Below, piece after piece: positions 35,846-48,400 of a DNA stretch of 64,000 nucleotides. The position numbers and the translations under genes were made by a program. How positions within the stretch are numbered: the stretch's first letter is position 1; each line of letters starts with the position of its first letter. Below the pieces are notes generated by a model that was not told the origin of the DNA, made no database searches, and was given only the letters and a program-made list of their open reading frames with translations. This stretch comes from Malacoraja senta (Eukaryota). The DNA is taken from positions 26,102,001-26,166,000 of the forward strand of contig CM075988.1 of the NCBI GenBank assembly GCA_038087875.1. Reading direction: 5' to 3'.

Positions 35846-36781
35846 AGATTCAATGTCCTTACTCCAAATCTCAATAAAAAGTTAGTCTTAGCAATAGGAA
35901 GGAACTGCAGATGCTGGTTTAAACTGAAGATAGACACAAAATGCTGGAGTAACTCAGTGGGACAGGCAGCATCACTGGATGGATGGTCACATTTCGGGTC
36001 GAGACCCTTCTTCAATCTGGTCTGAAGAAGGGTCTCGACCCGAAAGGCACCCATTCCTTCTCTCCTGAGATACTCCAGCTTTTTGTGCCAATCTAGTTTT
36101 AACAATGCTGACCATGAACTTATACAAGCGGTCCCAATCCAGCTGACTGATGGGCAAGTTGGAGAAAGATGCCAGGTGTAAGGGCAGTGTAGAGGGATTG
36201 TCTGGCACCAGAGGGGATGTTAACACAAAGCCCCTGCTCTCTCAGGGAAGAGGTTCCATGGTGCAACGTTGAGGAGTTCTCCTTGGTGTCCACATCAATA
36301 TTTGAAACTGGAGCACCCGGAGAAAACCCACATGGTCACACGGAGAACATGCAAACTCCACACAGGTAGCACCTGAGATCAGGATGAGTTTCGGAGCTAT
36401 AAGGCAGCAGCTCTACCCGCTGCACCACTGCATATTAAACACTCACTCATGAGTAAGGTCAATGACAAGAAGTTTTGCTGGAGAAATGTTGTTCACAGCC
36501 TGGTTACTTTGTGATGATTACTTCTCAAAAATCAAAATGGACATCACCTCCTTCCCTATTTTTTAATTAAAAGCCTGTGGTTGGTTCACCCACCCCCCCT
36601 AGTGAAACACTTAAAGCAGTTCCCACCATGCTGAGCCAAATAATCAGAACCCAATGCTGTAGACCAGTAAGACACTTCTAATAATTCATTCTTAGCGAGC
36701 ATTCTGACAATCTGATAAACTTATACCTCACGCTTCCTCGGCAAGGCCAGCAGCATAATCAAGGAACAGTCTCACTTGGTC

Positions 36782-37710
36782 CACAAAAATGCTGGAGAAA
36801 CTCAGCGGGTGCAGCAGCATCTATGGAGCGAAGGAAATAGGCAACGTTTCGGGCCGAAACCCTTCTTCAGACTGATAGGGGGGTGGGGAGAAGAAAGGAA
36901 AAAAGGAAAAAAGGCAGAGGAGCAGCCCGAGGGCTGTGGGGGGGGAGGAGACAACCAGAGGGCTGATGAAGAGGAGGGGACAGCAAGGGCTAGCAGAGTT
37001 GGGAGAATTCAATGTTCATGCCCCCAGGGTGTAGACTGCCCAAGCGGAATATGGTGCATTTCCCCCAATTTCCGGTGTTGCTCGCTGTGGCCATGGAGGA
37101 GACCCAGGACAGAGAGGTCAGATACGGAATGGGAGGGGGAGTTGAAGTGCTGAGCCACCGGGAGGTCAGGTAGGTTATTGCGGACCGACCGGAGGTGTTC
37201 GGCGAAACGATCGCCAAGCCTCCGCTTAGTCTCACCGATGAAGATCAGCTGACATCTAGAGCAGCGGATGCAATAGATGAGGTTGGAGGAGATGCAGGTG
37301 AACCTCTGTCGCACCTGGAACGACTGCTTGGGTCCTTGAATGGAATCGAGGGGGGAGGTGAAGGGACAAGTGTTGCATCTCTTGCGGTTGCAAGGGAAAG
37401 TACCCGGGGAGGGAAGGGAAGAATTGACAAGGGAGTTACGGAGGGAGCGGTCTTTGCGGAAGGCGGACATGGGGGGAGATGGGAAGATGTGGCGAGTGGT
37501 GGGGTCACGTTGGAGGTGGCGAAACTGACGGAGGATCACTTGTTGTATGTGACGGCTGGTGGGATGAAAGGTGAGGACTAGGGGGACTCTGCCCTTGTTG
37601 TGAGTGGGGGGATGGGGAGAGAGAGCAGTGTTGCGGGGTATGGCAGAGACCCTGGTGCGAGCCTCATCTATGGTGGAGGAGGGGAACTCCCGTTCCCTGA
37701 AGAATGATCG
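36782..37710 (-). mobile_element. Penelope-like element 3' portion (GIY-YIG endonuclease plus hammerhead-bearing terminus), nested in a Rex-like LINE
   Basis: ORF 37009-37539 reads CNRKRCNTC...NLIYCIRC...FIGETKRRLGDRFAEH...VAQHFN; 10-bp duplication tcacttggtc at 36772-81 and 37711-20. Confidence 0.9.
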
Positions 37711-39524
37711 TCACTTGGTCACTCCCTCTTCTCCCCTCTCGTATCAGGCAAAAGGCACAGAAGTGTGAAAACGCACACCTCCAGATTCAGAGACAGTTTC
37801 TTCCCAGCTGTTATCAAGCAACTGAACCATCCTACCACAACTAGAGAGCAGGGCTGAACTACTATCTACCTCATTGGAGACCCTCGGACTATCCTTGACC
37901 GGACTTTGCTGGCTTTATCTTGCACTAAACATTATTCCCTTATCATGTATCTGTACACTGTAAATGGATTGATGGTAATTATGTATTGTCTTTCCACTGA
38001 CTGGTTAGCATACAACACAAAGCTTTTCACTGTACCTCGGTACATGTGACAATAAACTAAACTGAACAATATTTTTTGAATGATTCTGTATATGAATAGC
38101 ATTAAAATGTTTTCTTTTGTTGAACAAGGTAGACTGAGATCCAATGGCATATTATGCAATAATTGCTAATCATCTGTTTACTGGCCTTGAAAATATCATC
38201 TTTACACAGATTGTCATTCTTCAAATTGACCATTTCATTATTTCATAGGTTTTTAAATATTGGAAATTAAATTAAAGTTTGTGATATTTCATCTTCTTTC
38301 CATTCTGTATTTGGCTAAAGAAGTTAGTTCAAAGTTTCAACTTTTTGGTAGAAGTTTTATGGAAACTTTGGTTACAGGTTAATTGTGGTCTGAATTATTT
38401 CATCCAACAAGTTGCTCAGTGGTTTTAAGGTATGTGACCATGACAGATGTCCTGTAGTTGATAACTATGTGCCAGCTGCCATAGTCATGAAGTCTTAGAG
38501 CTATGTGGCATGGCCCAATTTCTTCTTGCCAACTAAGTTGACCATCTGAGCTAGTTCCACTTGACTGCACTCGGACTAATCCCCATCAAATCTTTCCTAT
38601 TCAGGCACCTGCTCAAGTGACTTTTAAATGCCATAATTGTACACCTCTATATCACTTCCTCTGGCAACTCGTTCCATACACGCATCACTTTATGTGTGAA
38701 AAAGTGACCCCTTAGGTCCTTTTTAAAGATTGTCCCCGCTTACCTTAAACCCGTGCCCTCTAGTTTGGAAAAGAGAGAAGGCAAGTTAGTTTTAAGTTGC
38801 AGACTGGGTTGGGAGCAGGGATGGATGAATAGGACAAAGGGAAAATCCATGACAGGCCAACATTCACCAGGGTTGCTGTTGAGATAGTGGTCAATAGTTT
38901 AGGGTAGTCACAAAATGCTGGAGTAACTCAGTGGGACAGGCAGCACCTCTGGAGAGAAGGAATGGGTGACGTTTCAGGTTGAGACCCTTCTTCAGACTGG
39001 TGCAGGTTAAAGGTGGTAGTTAGTGATACGCAGAGTTAGACAACGGCAGCGGGGCAGACAGTCTATGCCAATGAAATGGTCGAGTGATCGGAAGATACAG
39101 CATGGGAACAGGCCCTTTGGCTCACCGAGTCCACATGACCAATGATCACCTTTTCACACAAGTTCTATGTTATTCACTTTTCCATCCAGTCCCTGCACAC
39201 TGGGGGCAATTTAAAGAAGCCAATTAACTTATAAAGCCGCAAATCGTTGGGATGTGGGAGGAAACGGAGCTGCCGGAGGAAGCCCATGCAGTCACAGAGA
39301 GAACATGCGATCTCCACATGCACACAGCACCTGAGGTCAGGATTGAACACTGACTCCCTGAGGCAACGGCTCTACACGCTGCATCATTGTACAACCAATA
39401 TCTAAGATATAGCAGACCTGACCAGTTCTGATTCTCTAGAGTAAATAAGAACATAGACAATCCTCATGCCTGGAAAGAATTAAAGGCAATTCTAGAAATA
39501 ATATCTTGCCCTGTATGGAATGTG

Positions 39525-39960
39525 TTTTAATTCCCCTTCCCATTCCCACACTGACCTTTCTGTCCTTGGCCTCCTCCATTGCCAGAGTGAGGCTAAACGC
39601 AAATTGGAGGAACAGCACCTCATATTTTGCTTGGGCAGCTTACAGCCCAATGGTATGAATATTGATTTCTCTCACTTCAGGTAGCCCCGGCATTCCCTCT
39701 CTCTCTATCCCTCCCCCACCCAAGTCACACTAGCTCCTCATTTTCACCCAACAAACAGCTTATCCTTTATCATCGTTACTTTTTTGCATATCCTTCATTC
39801 ATTGTTCTTTATCTCTCCACATCACCATCCATATCTCTCATTTCCCTTATCCCTAACCAGTCTGAAGAAGGGTCTCGACCAGAAAGATCACCTATTCCTT
39901 CTCTCCAGAGTTGCAGCCAATCTCGCTGAGTTACTCCAGCTTTTTGTGTCTATCTTAAAC
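39525..39960 (+). mobile_element. Penelope-like element 3' fragment
   Basis: Similar to 600-760 and carries the ctgaagaagggtctcgac terminus. Confidence 0.8.
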
Positions 39961-42900
39961 AGCTTGCCTTCCTCAAGGTATTGCATGGAGCTAAATACTG
40001 CAGCACTGCTAACACGAATAGTCCTTGGACATGAGCTGCCAATTCAGTCAGCTCTCTCAATCACCGAGTGTGGGTGGATCGTGAAGTATCTGCCCGGTGT
40101 AAAAGCTGGCCATTTAGCATCTTCTACATCTGTCCTGCAAAACCTGGCTCTATCCCCCACTTGTGTGTTGGAGAGAAATCAGAGGTTGTAGCAGTTTTGT
40201 AATCTTTTCCTTCCACCACGCTTATATGCATTTACTGGAGTCAATGATCTCATGGCATTTCAGAGGAACAGTTTCAGCCAAAACATTGACAGCAAGCCAA
40301 AGAATTCATGACAGCTGTCCAGAAGCTTGGTGGAGCGGTAGTCTTAAAGGAAGAGAGCAGGAAGGTTTATGGATAGGATCCTGAAATCTGACGCACGGCT
40401 GCCTCCAATGGAGACCAAGCAACTTAGGTCAATCAAGAGGGAAGAACTAAAGGTTCATGGATAGGAAGGAACTGCAGATGCTGGTTTAAACTGAAGATAG
40501 TCACAAAAAGCTGGAGTAACTCAGCGGGACATGCAGCATCTCTGGAGAGAAGGAACGGGTGATGTTTCGGGTCGAGACCCTTCTTCAGACCGGATCACCC
40601 ATTCCTTCTCTCCAGAGATGCTGCCTGTCCCGCTGGGTTATTCCAGCTTTTTGTGTCTATGAAGGGACATGGATGTCTTGAGGGATTATACAGGCGCAGG
40701 AGAAACCAGGGATGTGATGGATGGAGGCTTGGGAGATTTAAAATCAAGTGTAATCATTTTAATATTTTTGATACAGGAAACTAATTTAAGAGGGAAATGA
40801 TCATCGATAAAACAGGATTAAGATTAGGATTAAGGATCAACAAAGCTGGACGGGTGAGGAGAGGGACGTGCATTCACTGGTCGATCCTCACGTCCAAGGA
40901 AGGCAACGGCGGGAGGCCCTGCAGCAGCCTGGGGCTGGCCTGGATCGGGCACCGCTCATAACAGCTAGAGGGCGGTCTGGACTTTGCATGCGGGATCAGT
41001 AGACATTTTCTGTACAATTTGCTGATTGGGATGTGCTCAGGTATGGCAACACTCTACTGGACTGGTTGTAAGAAAATAATTGCACTGTGTGTTTGCACTT
41101 TGCACATGTGACAATAAACTGCCATTGAACTACAGTGATAATTTCTGCCCAATCAAATGGTGATACATCCCTTAAACGGGTGTAGATTCCTAGACTAGAT
41201 TAAGGAGTGATTTAATTGACCTCTTTAACATTCATGAAGGATTAAATAATTTGACAGTGGAGTGACATCACACATCAACATCAGTCTGAAGAAGGGTTTT
41301 GACCTGAAACATCGCCTATTTCTTCGTTTCATAGATGCTGCCTCACCCGCTGAGTTTCTCCAGCATTTTTGTCTACCTTAAATAATTTGACAGAATTGAT
41401 TGGTGGGGAATTTAGGACAAAGGAGGTTTGCCTTAAAATGATTGAGGAATGATGAGAAAAAGTCTATCTCGAGGCTTGGTGGTCAATATCTACAACTGGC
41501 ACTCAACTGAAAATGGAACAGTTGGGAATGTGTGTAGTTTTGTTGGCTGCATTTGCAAAGGATTAAGGCTTCACGGATTATGATATCGATTAGCCACGAA
41601 GACCCCGTAATCCACTTGAATACAGGTGGTCCTGGATGATGGCAGGAATGGGCAGAAATCCCAGTGAAGTCTGGCCAGAGTCACACGCAGAACATAGTAC
41701 CGTACAGCATAGGAGCAGGCCCTTTGGCTCACAATGTCTGTTCCAAATCATGATGCCAAGACCAACTCTTATTTGCCTGCACACCCTTTAGGTATCTCCA
41801 TTCCCTGCTATCCAAATGACTGTTAAAAGCTACTATCATAACCCACCTCCACTACCATTCCCAGTAGCACGTTCCAGGCACACACTGCCCTCTGTGTAAA
41901 AAAACTTGCCCTGCAAATCTCCTTTAACTTTGCCCCCTCACCTTAAAGCTTTGTCCTCTAGTATTTGCGACCTTTTTTAAATAAATGGACAATATTAGCA
42001 GATATTTTCATTCTGAGCGAAATGTTCTGATTGTCCACCCTATCTATGCCTCTCATAATTTTATATACTTCTATCAGGTCACCCCTCAACTTTCAGCATT
42101 CCAGAGAAAGCAATCCAAGTCTGTCCAATCTCTCCTGTGGCTAAAGACCCCGTAATCCAGTAAACCCCGTAATACCATTTATAAAGCCTCCACATGCAGA
42201 ACTGCACATGATGCTCCAAATGTACCGAACCAAAGGCCTATATAGCTACATGTTGAACTACCCTGGAACAAAAAAAATGCTCCATTCTTACTAGGATAGA
42301 TGTTTATGACATTTACCATCTTCTCACAAGTCAAGACAAAAGCCATTAAATATGAATGAAAATATATCTCATTTTATTTTCTAAAGAAAACAAAATTGAA
42401 TACTATATTATAATATTTACAATAAAAGATCTATTTCTACATTCAAGTTTAATACAGTACATATATTATGCTTTCAAGTTATTGGTGTTCAAGGTGCTTT
42501 GGCCAACATTGGATGTCAATCTGTATTTTCAATACTGAAGGAGTTTAAGATCTCAACTTCTAATGCTCAAATTAAAACTTCTGATCCCTTTCTTACAAGA
42601 AAATGCAATGCTTGTTTCTGTACTTTATTGATTAAAGTGAATAGAAAAATATATCACATCAACCATATATAAATAAAGTAATATTTCATCAATTCTTCAC
42701 ATTTGTGGGCAATTTATCATCTATGAAGACAGGAAGGCTGGATTGCGGCTTTCTTGGAACTTCAATTCAAAGTCAGGCAATTCATTTGGAGAAATTAGGA
42801 ATATTGTTTATACAAAGTGAATATAGGTGGGGAGGTACTTCTTGCAAAAATAAATGGATGCTAACTGAATGAAAATTAACTCTGAGATGAATGGGCTTGG

Positions 42901-43366
42901 GTTAGGTAAGTGTTAGTAAGGGCTTTTCACAACTCCCCAAGGCCTCAGTATTCCTTACCACTCTGTGCTCCAGTAGCTCTGGGTTCCTGTGCAGTTGTCC
43001 CCTCTCAGCGGCTGTACCTTCTGCTGCCTGGTCCCAATTATTTGGTGTCCTCTCCTTAACCTCTCCTCTAGCTCTCTCTTCTTTCAGAAAAAACTCCGCC
43101 TTTCACCCAATAGTTGAGCCCTGAGATCTCCTTATGTGCCTTGCTATTAAATTTTGTTTGATAATTTCCCAATAAAGTGTCATGGTGCGTTTTTGTTACA
43201 TCAAAGTGCTGTATAAATGCAAGTTGTTGTTATCCTCACATTGCCAATGTACTCTCCTCAGGTGCAGAGCGCTCACGCACACAACAGGAGCAGTCTACAT
43301 TGGCCACCAACCTGCATATCTTTGGGATGTGGGGGGAAAGCAGGAGAATCCATAAAAAAATTGAAA

Positions 43367-43656
43367 GTTTAAGAATAAGGGGTAAGCCATTTAGAACGGA
43401 GACGAGGAAACACTTTTTCTCACAGAGAGTGGTGAGTCTGTGGAATTCTCTGCCTCAGAGGGCGGTGGAGGCCGGTTCTCTGGATGCTTTCAAGAGTGAG
43501 TTAGATAGAGCTCCTAAAGATAGCGGAGTCAGGGAGTATGGGGAGAAGGCAGGAACGGGGTACTGATTGTGGATGATCAGCCATGATCACATTGAATGGC
43601 GGTGCTGGCTCGAAGGGCCGAATGGCCTACTCCTGCACCTGTTGTCTATTGTCTAT
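43367..43656 (+). mobile_element. CR1-clade LINE 3' end, same family
   Basis: Near-identical to 31-315. Confidence 0.92.
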
Positions 43657-44194
43657 AAAACACGTATGGCCACAGGCTGTTACAGGCTGTAGAATGAAGG
43701 AAAAGCACATTCTTAAAGCTTTTCAATAACTTAAAAAAGTTCCATGATCCTTGGATTTGGCACTATTTTTTATGATAATGTTTTGCTTTTTTTTTTAAAG
43801 AGAATTGTAATCAAGGTCTTTCAGAAGATGTGATCACACGATGGTACTCTGCACAACTGTCAGGGGAGGCAAGCTGAGTGATGGACGATGTTGTCCAATA
43901 TACAAGAAGGTTGAATTGCCACGTGACTGCCTCATCTCATTCCTTCAGTCCTGATGCTCAATTGATATCAGTGCTGTCAAAACAAGTACGTTGGCTCCTT
44001 AGCATTGCAGGAGTCAATCTGCGCACTGACACTGAACAGAAGCAAGTGATATCCTGGCCAAATTCTGATGAGTTCTGGGCCAAAGCACCTACAGCCCCAG
44101 AGCCAGTCTATTCACAACCTTTGTTCATAGTCAATGGCCAACTGCTATTTGCTGCACTTTATCCCATATTTGCCTGAATCTGTGCAAAAGAAGG

Positions 44195-45416
44195 CAGAAT
44201 TTGAAATGCAAATTTTAAGGCATGTAAACTGAGTTTTGCATTAGTGTGCAAACAATATGGTGCCCCAGGGGTATGTCTACAAGTCTAAACACCATTGGCC
44301 AATCCTCCCAACACACACATTCCCAGCCTATATTCACTGCCACTTGCACTCCTTTGAGTGTGGAAATTAAACTCTCTTCAAGTCAATGGGCCACAGATAA
44401 GCATTTTTGAACCTTAATGAACATGATTCTTTTCTAAATTTCCAAAGAAACTGACTGTATTTTAGGCTCTGTATCTTAAAACTAATTTTCAGTCATAATA
44501 AATTATGTTGTGCTGGATCTCCAATTGAAAATCTCTGGCAAGACCTTTGAAAGGAGGGAGCGTTTACATTCAGAGCCGAAGTCACATCCCAATAACCTTT
44601 GGATTCTGTAGGAATTTTCACAATAAAGTAACATGAAGTAGTGAAAGGCGGACAAAGTAGTCCGATCGACAAGGTGTGGCATCACCAGTTGATGTGCGGA
44701 TAAATGTTCTCTGCGTTGATTGAGTAAACCTGCACTCCACACCAATACAAACTCTCTTCCTTGTAGCTACTTTCAGTGCCGGATAAGTGATAGGCAAAGT
44801 CTCTTGCCCTGATGAACTTCTTTTATAAAAGTGCCACTGTCTGGGATGAACAATCACGGTTAGTAGTTGACTATGTATTCACTGTCAGTCATTGTCATTA
44901 CTTGTTACTCTGTGAAAATAAAGGACAAAACATTAGATATGGGAAGATGCAATTTAACTCTGCACTTGTTAATATTCAGTAACAGTGATCGACTTCATAA
45001 AATGGCCCTATTATGAATGCTTTACACAATATGATAATCCCGTCAGGATTCATTTCAGACTGAATAGAGAATTCATCCTGTTCAGACACACACCCAGAAT
45101 TTGAAATGCAAATTTTAAGGCATGTAAACTGAGTTTTGCATTAGTGGGCAAACAATATGGTGGCCCAGGGGTATGTCTACAAGTCTAAACACCATTGGCC
45201 AATCCTCCCAACACACACATTCCCAGCCTATATTCACTGCCACTTGCACTCCTTTGAGTATGTGGAAATTAAACTGTCTCTTCAAGTCAATGGGCCACTA
45301 ATAAGCATTTTTGAACCTTAATGAAGTATGATTCTTTTCTAAATTTCCAAAGAAACTGACTGTATTTTAGGCTCTGTATCTTAAAACGAATTTTAAGATA
45401 CAGAGCCTAAAATACA
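44195..45416 (+). repeat. Local direct duplication (44195-44489 and 45095-45394) with a terminal 26-bp hairpin (45361-45416)
   Basis: Copies start 900 bp apart and are highly similar; tgtattttaggctctgtatcttaaaa-cgaa-ttttaagatacagagcctaaaataca. Confidence 0.93.
44898..44909 (-). CDS. TMPRSS13: TMPRSS13 probable terminal coding exon (SNK*)
   Basis: Strong acceptor gtcctttattttcacag followed by AGT AAC AAG TAA; an alternative candidate exists at 44159-44179. Confidence 0.6.
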   Translation of the reverse strand, partial: SNK

Positions 45417-48400
45417 CTCACTCCCTTGGAAATCACATTTAGCCACCTGTCTTAATACAAATAACTTGCATGGCTACATGTTCCTTGGGCAACACTTGGA
45501 AAATTCAACAACATCCTAGCCGACTGGCAGCAAGACCAATCTAAATATTATATAATCAATATTAATAAATTTTATACTAAATAATCTAATTATAAAGATT
45601 CTCTCCTCCATGACCCGTTGTGTCTGCAGTATGTTGACCGCATTAACTCACCAAGGTTTCTTCAAAGGTAGACACAAAATGCTGGAGTAACTCAGCGGGA
45701 CAGGCAGCATCTCTGGAGAGCAGGAATGGGTGACGTTTTGGAAGAAGGGTCTCGACCCGAAACACCACCCATTCCTTCTCTCCAGAGATGCTGCCTGTCG
45801 CACTGAGTTACTCCAGCATTTTGTGTCTGTCTTTGATTTAAACCAGCATCTGCAGTTCTTTCCAATACAAGATTTCATCAACATCTTTTTCAAGCCTGCG
45901 ATTTCTACAAGAGCTATGGGTACCACCATCTGAAAATTCCTCTCCAAATCACATACCAGCCTAACTCGCAAATACATTGCTGAATAATGGGGTATAATCC
46001 TTAATAATAAGCCTGAGCATAGCAGCAGTACCACCACAGAGACATCCATCTTGTACCTTGCTACCATATCCTAACCCATGCCCCACTCACTCTGAGCTAC
46101 CTGTTCGCTAGTTCCTAGTGTATCTACAGCTCGATTTTAACAGCTGACATGCATACAAACATCCCCAAGGCCTTGTCATTTTTATCTCTGTGAACTCCTC
46201 CAGCCTCCTGTAATCCTCCAAGAGTTCCCTACTTTTCCAATTCTTGCCTTCACACATCCTGAATTTCCTTCACCCAACCATGGTCTGTCGACACTCTCGT
46301 GAAAACCCAGGGATATTTTAGTAGATTAAAGGAAGATTATTCTTATCACACACAATTTTCCTTGATGAGCATAGGACTGGGTGGCATAGTTACCTCCATT
46401 TGTGCGTAGGTCCATTGTACGTATTTCAGCATGTTTGTGTAAACACCTGGCTTGTTAACGCGAGCACAACCAATCCCCCAGCTTGTAACTCCAGCGAGGT
46501 AATAGATGCCGTCTGCTTTACATACCAGGGGCCCACCGCTGTCACCCTAGGTTTGAAAGAGAACATTTCCACAGTTAGTCTTAAGGTGATTGAAACATAG
46601 ACCACGAGCACTATCGAATGGCTTGCCGCTTGTTTCTAACATATTGGCATTTATTTCATATTGAAGTGCTGAAAAGTTTAACCTTGTATTCGAAAGGTGA
46701 AGTATCATTACTTGGAACAGAACATGGATGATTGGTAGGGGTTTTTATATCTGATTAGACACTCCAGCACTCCTCGGGATGACCAAAGATTAGAGCGTCA
46801 ATTTATCTCAGTTATTGTACTGATTGTCCTCCGTGACTCTGTCAAGTGGCACTCCGTCATTCCTCCGCTAGAACAGCAGGTTTTCATGTTCCAGTTTCGA
46901 GAGTTGAGCACAAACGCTACCCTGTTGAGGGGCCTATGCCATCTGTGGTGGCAGATTTTCCTGAGACATTGAAACAATGTATTTCAATGTTGCCCTTGCC
47001 TGTGCAGTAATACAAGCTTCCTATTTAAGGAATGTCGATCTCTGTGAATGAGATGAGTAACGAACTTCCAGTGATGCCCATCCCCATTGCCATCAGCAAG
47101 CGGGCAATGATCAGACCCGGATCATTTGGGACTTCATGGTGGACCTCTAGTGCTGACAGACAGTGTGGATTTGCTAAGTTTCTAACTCGCACCTGACAGG
47201 AGTCGACTCCCCCCATGAGCTTGCCAGCACAGATCATGTTTTCTGTTACACGTCCACTGTAGATTTGTCTCGTGTTACACGTTGTTCTGCTGATGATGTT
47301 AACTGGAGCTTCCAGGAGGTAGTTAGAAGCCGAGTCTGAAATGAATGACACAGGGAATTACACTCAGGAGGTCGGACAGGCTGACTACCCAGCCTTGAAC
47401 GAAACAGGCAAATGAATTAAAGTTGCTACATCAAATATCATTACAGTAGCGAATTAGTATTATTATTGAAAATAAATGGCATATTACACACCTGGTAGTT
47501 CAACCACACCTTTAACATATCAGAACAAACCAGGAACTTTCACAAAACATAATTATTTAAAACTACACACCTTGCCAATAAAAGTGATATTAGGACATAG
47601 GTTCATGATTATAAATCTGAGTCGAAGATTTTCAAAGGGGAAAGCGAGAGAGTTTTAAGGAGGGAATCGCAGAGTTGAGGACAACATTGAGAGCTAAAAG
47701 CAAGACCTTCAATAGCTGGCAGATCAAAATCAGGGATGTGCGAGATGTCAGATCTGAAGACATACCACAATCTCCAACCCTTTGAGCTGAAGGGGAAATC
47801 CAACCCCATACCTTTTATTTACTTATGGAGAGGTTTTGTACCTACATTTTGGAGTTTCCACTGATTCATTAAAAATGATGCCATTGATATGCCCTGACAA
47901 GAGTTACTGGTCAGAAATCAACATGGGTTTTTTTGCAATGATAACTTCAGCTTTTAGCATTTCCCAATGAAGAAACAACAACCTTGATCCATATAAAAAA
48001 GGCAAGGTCTTGTGAAGGAATGTTGCCACACTCTTCAAATCCCTTTATTTTGTCTAACTACGGTGATGGTGGCAAATTACAGACAGGACATAAGGGGATA
48101 GAAACACAAGATGCCCCACTGCATTGCCCCACTGCATTGCCCCACTGCCTTACTTACTTGCACCTTCATCGACACGACCAAATCCTGTGATCCAGCAACT
48201 TGATCCATCGGGGAATTGCTGGTTGGCGGTTGGCAAACAGGCAGGCATGATTTTATCTGAAAAATAAATGATGCATGACGCTACAGTAAAGATAAGGTGA
48301 TTTCACAAGCATGTATGTTACAGCAGATCCTTACGGAATTTCCCTGGCCTCCACAATAGACACCACCAGTCCCTATGTGTTTGGGATGGTTCAGTGCACG

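Noticed and set aside
44560-44845. Third GDSGG-like exon copy (DSGTFIKE...SAGLLNQ)
   Set aside because: Length and donor do not match the real exon; similarity is at chance level and the region is probably 3' UTR.
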